Source: Candidatus Latescibacterota bacterium (GTDB lineage: Bacteria > Latescibacterota > UBA2968). From it: DNA of 64,000 bases. Below, piece by piece: positions 57,038 through 64,000 of the stretch (the stretch's first letter is position 1; every line of letters starts with the position of its first letter). Below the pieces are notes generated by a model, which saw only the letters and a list, made by a program, of their open reading frames with translations, had not been told where the DNA came from and did no database searches. Location of the stretch: the NCBI GenBank assembly GCA_965198115.1, contig OZ240241.1, positions 5,664,001 through 5,728,000 on the forward strand. Reading direction: 5' to 3'. The position numbers and the translations under genes were made by a program.

Positions 57038-58807
57038 TCACCAGCCTAACATGAACGATTCACGTCGGGGATCCGCGCCTCCGCGATAGGCAGCCGAATC
57101 GGGATCGACCACGATCGGGGCAAAACCGTTTGTGATGCCCCACGGGCCCACATCTTCAACCACGTGGCCGCGATCCTGGAGTCGGTCGATGACTTCCCTA
57201 GAGATGCGTCCTTCTACGGCCAGTCGGTTGGGAGCCATTGCGTGAGGCCAGGGCGACTGGGGGAAGCTGTGGCTGCAGAATCGAGGTGCGGCGACCGCAT
57301 CCTGAACGTCGAGACCGAAATCGATGAGGTTGTTGAAGACTTGAAGACAGCTCTGCGTCTGGCTGTCCCCGCCAGGTGTTCCGAGGGTCATAAAGGGCTG
57401 GCCGTCCTTCAGAACCAGAAAGGTGCAAGGTGTGGTCCGAGGTCGTTTCCGTGGCGCGAGGGCATTCGGGTTGTCCGGGTCCAGCCAGAAGTAGCATCCG
57501 CGACAGTTGATCAGGATACCCGTGTCGCCCAGGATCATGCCCTGGAGCAGACCGGCATAGGTGCTCGGCGTAGCGGCAACGAGATTGCCCTGTTCGTCGG
57601 CCGTGGCAAGATGCGTGGTCCCCTCCTGTTCGTGTCTTGAATTGGGTGAGGATGAGACGCTCCCTGAAGGCTCGTGCGGCAGTGCCCCTCGCACGCCGAT
57701 CGGATCGCCGGGAGGATAGTTGCCCTGGGCGGTTTCCTCGTCCAAAACCTCCCGCCGTGCAGCTGCGTACTCCGTGGACAACAGACCGTCGACGGGTACG
57801 TCGACGTGTGCGGGATCCCCGGCGTAGCGCTCTCGATCCGCGAAGGCGAGTTTCAGTGCCTCGACCTGGTGGTGGATGGCTTCGGGGGAGTTATGGCCGA
57901 GGGCTGCGATATCGTAGCCCTCGAGAATCTTCAGGGCTTGCAGGAGTACGATGCCCTGCGTCCACGTGCGGTTCGTGAAGATTTCGTATCCACGGTAGGT
58001 CGTCGAGATCGGTTCTTCGAGGGGGGACGTATAGTCCGCGAAGTCTTCCATCTCGTAGAGCCCGCCGAGATCCCTCAGAGCCGTCACCATCTTTTCTCCG
58101 ATTTCGCCCTTGTAGAAGACATTCCGGGCGGCTTGGATTCCAGCAGCTCTCGACGATCCGCGTTTGAGTTCGCTCTCCTCGGCCTGTGCCATCAGCGAAA
58201 GGGTTCGAGCCAAGTCGGGCTGCTTGAATAGGGCTCCGAGTGTGGGGGGTTCACCGTCTGGGTGGAATACCCGAGCTGAATCGGGGTGGTTCCTGACGTT
58301 GGCCACTCGCTCCGGTGTCGACAGGGCGCGGCAGAAGAGTTGGTAGGCGGGAAACCCTTCCCTGGCGAGAGAGCAGGCATCGGTGGCGACTCGGGTGAAA
58401 CTCATCGTGCCGTATTCTGCGAGCATCGTGAGCAGGGCGGAGATGACTCCGGGGACCGTTGTGCTGTGAACGCCCGGAGGGATTTCACCCCAGTTGTCCT
58501 TGTAAAGTTCGATCGTTGCTGCCTGAGACGACCACCCCTGGCCGACGACGGATCTGACTTTCCCTGTCGCGGCTTCGTAACAAAGCATGGCGACCTCACC
58601 GCCCAGCGTGTAGTGTGCGGTCGGCTCCAACACGCCGGCTGCGAGAGCTGAAGCGACCGCTGCATCGACGACGTTCCCGCCCCCATGGAGAACGCGCATC
58701 CCCGCCTGCGCTGTCAGCTGGGTTCCCGCACCGACCATGCCGTGTCTTCCCCAGACGATGGGGCGATGGGCGAACGGGCCGTGACTTCCAGGCGGGTAAG
58801 GATTCAT
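57038..58807 (-). CDS. ggt: gamma-glutamyltransferase family protein
   Basis: GGNVVDAAVA, TVPG, GTTHL (autoprocessing Thr), KRPRTT, GTPGGD, GGADPR; no signal peptide. Confidence 0.9.
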   Translation of the reverse strand: MNPYPPGSHGPFAHRPIVWGRHGMVGAGTQLTAQAGMRVLHGGGNVVDAAVASALAAGVLEPTAHYTLGGEVAMLCYEAATGKVRSVVGQGWSSQAATIELYKDNWGEIPPGVHSTTVPGVISALLTMLAEYGTMSFTRVATDACSLAREGFPAYQLFCRALSTPERVANVRNHPDSARVFHPDGEPPTLGALFKQPDLARTLSLMAQAEESELKRGSSRAAGIQAARNVFYKGEIGEKMVTALRDLGGLYEMEDFADYTSPLEEPISTTYRGYEIFTNRTWTQGIVLLQALKILEGYDIAALGHNSPEAIHHQVEALKLAFADRERYAGDPAHVDVPVDGLLSTEYAAARREVLDEETAQGNYPPGDPIGVRGALPHEPSGSVSSSPNSRHEQEGTTHLATADEQGNLVAATPSTYAGLLQGMILGDTGILINCRGCYFWLDPDNPNALAPRKRPRTTPCTFLVLKDGQPFMTLGTPGGDSQTQSCLQVFNNLIDFGLDVQDAVAAPRFCSHSFPQSPWPHAMAPNRLAVEGRISREVIDRLQDRGHVVEDVGPWGITNGFAPIVVDPDSAAYRGGADPRRESFMLGW

Positions 58808-58838
58808 TCTATTGGGTTCCTCACGCGAGCACTCGTTC

Positions 58839-60542
58839 TCACCAGAGATAGACGAAGAGCAAGTAGCAGGCTGCGATCACATACAAGCTGGCCAGGACTC
58901 CCGGACGTTTGTGGAGAGGCAAGCCTCTCTCAGGCACGTCGAATGGATACTCAGGTCTGACTGGCGATTGGTTCAGCGTCTTCTGAAGCCACGTGCCCTC
59001 GAGTACTTGGAGGCGAGAACTCATGAGCTCTCGGACGTCGGGTTTGTCGTGACGCTTGTAGATGAGGCCGGAAATCTCCTCATCGGTGGCCGGGCCACGC
59101 CACTGGTCGATGACTTTCGAGGCAATCAACATGCTCATGGCTGGCAGAATCAGATTCCAGAGATAGGCCCACCACGTGTTCGTGTACCATACGGGCAAGG
59201 ACCAGTCGTTGAAGTCCGCGAGAATGGCCGAGAGACCGTAACCCAGCCCCACGACAAGACCGATCACACCCGTTGCACGGTGCACACGCGTGAACACCCC
59301 CATGAGAATTACGGTCATCAGGGGGACGGCAATGGCGCCGGCAAGCCTCAGGTAAAAGAGAAGCATGCCCTTTTGGAGGAAAGGGACATACGCAAACCCA
59401 AGGGCGATAATGAAGGGAACGGAGATGCGTCCCACCAGTGTGTAGTGTTCGTCGGACGCATTCTTGACGATGAATCGAGCGTAGATGTCGCGTACGAACA
59501 GACTCGATATGCCGATTCCGACCGAGTCAAAGGTAGAGTAGCCCCCTGCGATCAGACCGGCGAGCACGAGACCGACCAATCCAGGCGGGAGGTATTTCCG
59601 GACCATCAACGGATAGGCCTGGTCGCTGAACTCGAGGGTTGGGAAGTCGGCGTGCGCGAGGGGGCCGAGGCTGACGTTGAACCAGAGACAGATTGCCGTG
59701 GCCGCACTGGCGACGAGGGCGGCCATCTTGAAGTCCCATTCCGACCGGGCACCGAGAAACCGGATTGCCTCGTATTGATTGATGACGGCATAGGTCGTCA
59801 GGACGACGACAAAGCCGAGAGCGACAAGGACGGGATGCACACCGCTGGGAGCGTATCCTCCGACTCGAAGGAGCGTTCCTGGCAGAGTGGGATCGATCCC
59901 GGCGAGCTTGTCGGTCAGACCCATCCACCCACCCGCGTTTGACCACACGACGCCCCACAGTACGAACGAGGCAACGATCATGGCTACGGCCTGAAGGGCA
60001 TCCGTGAAGACGCCCGCTCTGAGTCCACCTCTGACAATGTAGAGTACGGCGGTGAAAGCCATGGCCACGACGATCGGCCAAGCCCATCGTGCTTCAATGT
60101 CCGCAACCAGATTGAGAACGAGGAACACGGAGTAGAAGATGTTGCCGAGGACGTTGGTTCGAGACTGGATGTTGATGAGAACGGCGACGAACCGGGCAGC
60201 TGGACCAAATCTGAATTCGAGCCACTCCGCGTTCGTGAAGACGCCCGTGCGATACATCGGCACGATGACGAAGAAACTGAGGACGAACCAGCCGACGGAG
60301 ATGCCGAGCCACCACTGGGTCAGCTGTGATAGGCCGAGGTCATAGGCGCCACCCACGATGGCGACGTAGTCTCCACTGTCGACGGCTGTTCCGAAGGCTG
60401 ACAGACCGACGGCCCACCACGGCATGGATTTGGCAGCCAGATACCAGTCGAAGCTCTCCTGTTTCTTGCCGAAACGGGTGAGACCGTAGAGGACGATGCC
60501 ACCGTTGATCACGAGGATGACCAGCCAATCGATGAGCGACAT
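58839..60542 (-). CDS. sodium:solute symporter family transporter
   Basis: MPWWAVGLS, GGLRAGVFTDALQ, LPPGLVGLVLAG; many TM segments. Confidence 0.92.
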   Translation of the reverse strand: MSLIDWLVILVINGGIVLYGLTRFGKKQESFDWYLAAKSMPWWAVGLSAFGTAVDSGDYVAIVGGAYDLGLSQLTQWWLGISVGWFVLSFFVIVPMYRTGVFTNAEWLEFRFGPAARFVAVLINIQSRTNVLGNIFYSVFLVLNLVADIEARWAWPIVVAMAFTAVLYIVRGGLRAGVFTDALQAVAMIVASFVLWGVVWSNAGGWMGLTDKLAGIDPTLPGTLLRVGGYAPSGVHPVLVALGFVVVLTTYAVINQYEAIRFLGARSEWDFKMAALVASAATAICLWFNVSLGPLAHADFPTLEFSDQAYPLMVRKYLPPGLVGLVLAGLIAGGYSTFDSVGIGISSLFVRDIYARFIVKNASDEHYTLVGRISVPFIIALGFAYVPFLQKGMLLFYLRLAGAIAVPLMTVILMGVFTRVHRATGVIGLVVGLGYGLSAILADFNDWSLPVWYTNTWWAYLWNLILPAMSMLIASKVIDQWRGPATDEEISGLIYKRHDKPDVRELMSSRLQVLEGTWLQKTLNQSPVRPEYPFDVPERGLPLHKRPGVLASLYVIAACYLLFVYLW

Positions 60543-60884
60543 AGGGAGGCAATAAACGAAAAGCAGCCACTGCGGACACGGAGAACGCGGAGGGGCTTGG
60601 AGTAGCGTCCTGACTTTGTGGCCCTACCGGGAACAGAAGATAGATGGATCGGAGCTGCGGTTCCTGGCACCACTCCTGCACCTTAGGCTACGGGTGTCCA
60701 GGGAGCTGGGGGTGGAAGCCTTCTCCGGCGAGTAAGCATATGAACGGCGTTGTGTGATTTTTCCGACTTCTGACGACTGACCACTGCGGGCTGAAGGCCG
60801 CTCTGTGTGATCGGTGGTTCCCTCCTTATCATGTGCCTCAGTGACCTCAGTATTCTCAGTGGCGCATCTGTTTTTGGGGGTTCC

Positions 60885-61793
60885 ATGCGACAGGTCTACA
60901 TTTCAGGGAAGATGGTTCCGGAGGATGAGGCGAAGATTTCGATCTTCGATACAGCAGTGACGCTGGGCGATACGGTGACGGAGTCGACTCGGACCTTCAA
61001 GCACATCCCGTTCAAGCTGGACCAGCATATCCGCAGACTTTACAAGTCCTTGAAGGTGACCAGGATCGATCCGGGTTGTGATCCGGATATGATGAAGCAG
61101 ATCACGATGGACGTGGTCGATGCCAATCTCCCGCTGTATGGCGAGGGCGAAGATCTGTGGATCGTTCACAACGTCTCGCGCGGTGTTTCGATGCCGGGAC
61201 CCGATCCGACGGTTCAATCAGGGGGCGCCACCGTGATGATTCACACGTTGCCGATGGACTTGCGGGGCTGGGCTCGCTTCTATGAAGAGGGGTGTCACGC
61301 GGTGACGTCGATGAGCCGCATCATCCCGTCGCAGTCGTTGGACGCTCGCGTGAAGAACCGTAGCCGTATGGCGTATACGCTGGCTGAGATGGAGGTGAAG
61401 CTGGTCGATCCTGAGGCGCAGGGTGTCATTCTGGACATCGACGGGAACGTGGCGGAGAACAAGGGTGGGAATATTTTCGCTGTGACGGACGGTGTCGTGC
61501 GAACGCCACCTGCGCAGAACAGTCTGGCGGGGGTCAGCCGGGAAACCGCGTTGGAGCTAGCCGAGAAAGTGGGTATTCCCACGCAACAGACCGATCTGCA
61601 ACCCTATGATCTCTACACGGCCGAGGAGCTTTTCTTCACCAGCACCCCCTACTGCATTATGCCGGCGACGAAGTTCAATGGGCTCCCAGTGGGAGACGGT
61701 CAGGTGGGGACGATCACGAAGCAGATCCTGGCGGCGTGGAGCGAGCTAGTGGGGATGGACATTGTGAAACAGGGGATGAAGCAACTGAATTGA
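60885..61793 (+). CDS. class IV PLP aminotransferase (IlvE/D-amino-acid aminotransferase-like)
   Basis: HIRRL, RVKNRSR, VAENKGGNIF, LAGVSR, ELFFTST. Confidence 0.9.
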   Translation: MRQVYISGKMVPEDEAKISIFDTAVTLGDTVTESTRTFKHIPFKLDQHIRRLYKSLKVTRIDPGCDPDMMKQITMDVVDANLPLYGEGEDLWIVHNVSRGVSMPGPDPTVQSGGATVMIHTLPMDLRGWARFYEEGCHAVTSMSRIIPSQSLDARVKNRSRMAYTLAEMEVKLVDPEAQGVILDIDGNVAENKGGNIFAVTDGVVRTPPAQNSLAGVSRETALELAEKVGIPTQQTDLQPYDLYTAEELFFTSTPYCIMPATKFNGLPVGDGQVGTITKQILAAWSELVGMDIVKQGMKQLN

Positions 61794-61887
61794 GGATCGA
61801 GAAGCGAGAATCGAATATTGGCACTTTGAACCGGGATGCATTTTCGCTGACGTGAACCGTCCAACAGTGGACACGCGAATAACTGAG

Positions 61888-61998
61888 TGTCACCCCGGTA
61901 CGCTTCTTGGCCGGGGCCCATTTTTCCGGCACGATGTTTCTCGCAAGAAGGACCAACAGCATAGAATGGATCCCGGCCTGAGGACCGCCGGGATGACA
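61888..61998. repeat. REP doublet (TGTCATCCC family)
   Basis: TGTCACCCCGG..CCGGGGCCCA ... TGGATCCCGG..CCGGGATGACA. Confidence 0.8.
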
Positions 61999-62023
61999 AC
62001 CTTCTTTTCGCCGAGATATTGTC

Positions 62024-63252
62024 ATGGTTGATCAGATTCAACGTCTTAAAACACTCATCGAAGAACAACGCGACTATCGCGCGGATTGTCTGAACCTGAT
62101 CGCGTCGGAGAATACGCCGTCGCCATTCGTGGAGAGTCTGATCGTCGAGGAGCTGAACCGGCGATACGGCTTTTACTCGGGGATCGATCCGGGCAATCAG
62201 CATTACCAGGGAGCGCGACACGTTGCGGAGATCGAGAAGCTAGCGCACGAGGCTGCGCGGGATCTGTTCGGGGCGAAGTATGCGGAACTGCGTCTTCTGT
62301 CGGGAAACGTCGCGGGTATTGTCTCGATGTTCGCTTTGGGGAGCCCTGGCGATACGGTGCTGGAGGTGCAGAATGCGCACAGGTATGCCCACAAGCTCAA
62401 TTCCTCCAACCTCAAGGTGGATCTGAAGCCGATTCCGATTCCGTGGGACGGCCAGATCTACAACATCGATCTGCCGAAGACCCTCGGGCTCATTGAGGAA
62501 CACAAGCCGAAGCTGGTCGTGATTGGATCGGCGATGTTTCTGTTTCCGCAGCCAGTCCGTGAGATCAGGAATGCGATGGATGCCCATCGTCCGGATTCCC
62601 TTCTGATCTATGACGCGGCCCACGTGATGGGGCTGATCGCGGGAGGGCGTTTTCAGCAGCCTCTGGCCGAAGGCGCGGATGTTCTGATCACGAGTACGCA
62701 CAAGACGCTGGCGGGGCCCCAGGGCGGCATGATCCTGACGAATGACAAAAGCATTGCCGAGCGCGTAGCTACTGCCACGGCCCCCCTGATCATTGCGAAC
62801 CACCATCTGGCGCGAATCCCGGCACTTGCTGCGACGTTCATCGAGTGGAAGGCGTGTGTGGGAGCGCCTATGCGGATGCGATTGTGGGGAATGCGAAGGC
62901 CCTTGGAAAGGCGCTCGACGAACGAGGGGTCCCGATCGTGGGTTCCGACAATGGATACACCGAGTCCCACACGCTGATGGCGGTGGTCGATGCATTCGGT
63001 GAGGGGAAGACCATCGCGGACAAACTCGAATCGTGTCATGTCATCGTTGGTGGGACGACTGTCCCCGAAGAACACGGCCAGCACGGTCTCCGGATCGGCG
63101 TGCAGGAAGTGTCGCGCTACGGCATGACACCGGAGGACGCAGGGCTGGTCGCGGATTGTATCGTCGACGGGATGAAGGGAGTGGAGGGCGTGAAGGGTCG
63201 GGTGGTTGAGTTGGCCAGGAGATTCACCCAGGTTCGGTTTACTGTGGCTTAA
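62024..63252 (+). pseudogene. divergent serine hydroxymethyltransferase-family protein, frameshifted at ~62855
   Basis: LNLIASEN, YDAAHVMGLIAG, TSTHKTLAGPQGG; C-terminus NAKAL..TESH..GLRIG lies in another frame after GCGTGTGTGGG. Confidence 0.85.
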
Positions 63253-63276
63253 GCGCCAACGGCGCGTCATACCTTA

Positions 63277-64000
63277 GTGCATGGTTTCATAAATATTATT
63301 ACGTATGTTCTGAACATTATTTGTAGCTTATGTTCTCCTTCAAAAGGAGGAGAACAATGCCAAGACGTTCGCCTTATGTGGTGCTACTGTCTGAGAAGGA
63401 ACGGGTCGACCTCGAGCGAATGGCTGGACAATATACGTTACCGTATTATCAAGTGATCCGATCGAAAATCGTGCTTCTCGCCGCCGAGGGATTATCCAAC
63501 AAGATTATCGCCCAACGGTTGGATGTCCCGCGTCCGATCGTAAGCAAATGGCGTAAGCGCTTTTTCGAAGAGCGTCTTTCGGGACTCGAAGATAGATCTC
63601 GTCCCGGGCGCCCGCCCGGTTTTCCCCCCTCAGGTGGTCGTTCAGATCAAGGCGCTGGCGTGTGAACTACCGAGCGAGAGCGGGATACCGCTCTCGCGGT
63701 TCAGCTGTTCCGAGATTGCCGCCGAGGCAGTGCAAAGGGGCTTCGTTGCCAAGATCAGCGGCGCCACTGTCTGGCGCTGGTTGAACGAGGACGCGATTCG
63801 TCCTTGGTATCATCGCTCCTGGATTTTCCCACGGGACCCGGACTTCCAAACCAAAGCAGGTAGAGTCCTTGATCTGTATCACCGCCAATGGCAAGGAAAG
63901 CCTTTAGGGCCGAGGGAATATGTACTTTCTGCCGACGAAAAGACCAGTATTCAAGCACGAGCTCGCAAGCACGTTACCCTACCGCCAGCCTCGAACAGAG
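63277..64000 (+). mobile_element. IS630-family element, copy 3 (runs off the window)
   Basis: Near-identical to the start of 24421-25682; 5' flank CTTA. Confidence 0.93.

Noticed and set aside
63254-63276. Further attC site (GCCAACGGCGCG...)
   Set aside because: Only a core-like heptamer before the IS; no complementary arm is visible.

Overview
Bacterial, moderately GC-rich window. A C-terminal DFxDFLxFAxAFG dockerin/EF-hand-like module, a PP2C sensor and several Gfo/Idh/MocA, PhyH and GH127-like genes suggest a Candidatus Latescibacterota-like host (inference only). It has three zones. (1) 1-12270 is the right end of an element integrated at tRNA-Leu(TAA), with an excisionase, a tyrosine integrase and the displaced tRNA 3' half as att site. 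It is riddled with IS elements, including a nested IS630/IS1182/IS1595 stack whose IS1595 carries a DNA methyltransferase and two unknown passenger genes. (2) 12.4-30 kb is a decayed accessory region with pseudogenes, IS630 copies and an integrase-less array of four attC-like sites flanking defence-like cassettes (AlbA_2/Schlafen, RAMA, trypsin-like protease). (3) 30-64 kb is catabolic: a peptidase, sugar-acid enzymes, several REP families, and a complete N-methylglutamate methylamine-utilisation cluster (mgsABC-mgdABCD-gmaS). That cluster ends in a stand-alone B3/4 tRNA-editing-domain gene and is preceded by a gamma-glutamyltransferase and a sodium:solute symporter. Best leads: B3/4 coupled to GMA/NMG metabolism, the IS1595 cargo operon, the attC cassette array, a ~23-nt unit inserted into REPs, and a predicted IS630-mediated ~44-kb inversion. 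All family calls come from motif recognition by eye; no database search was run.
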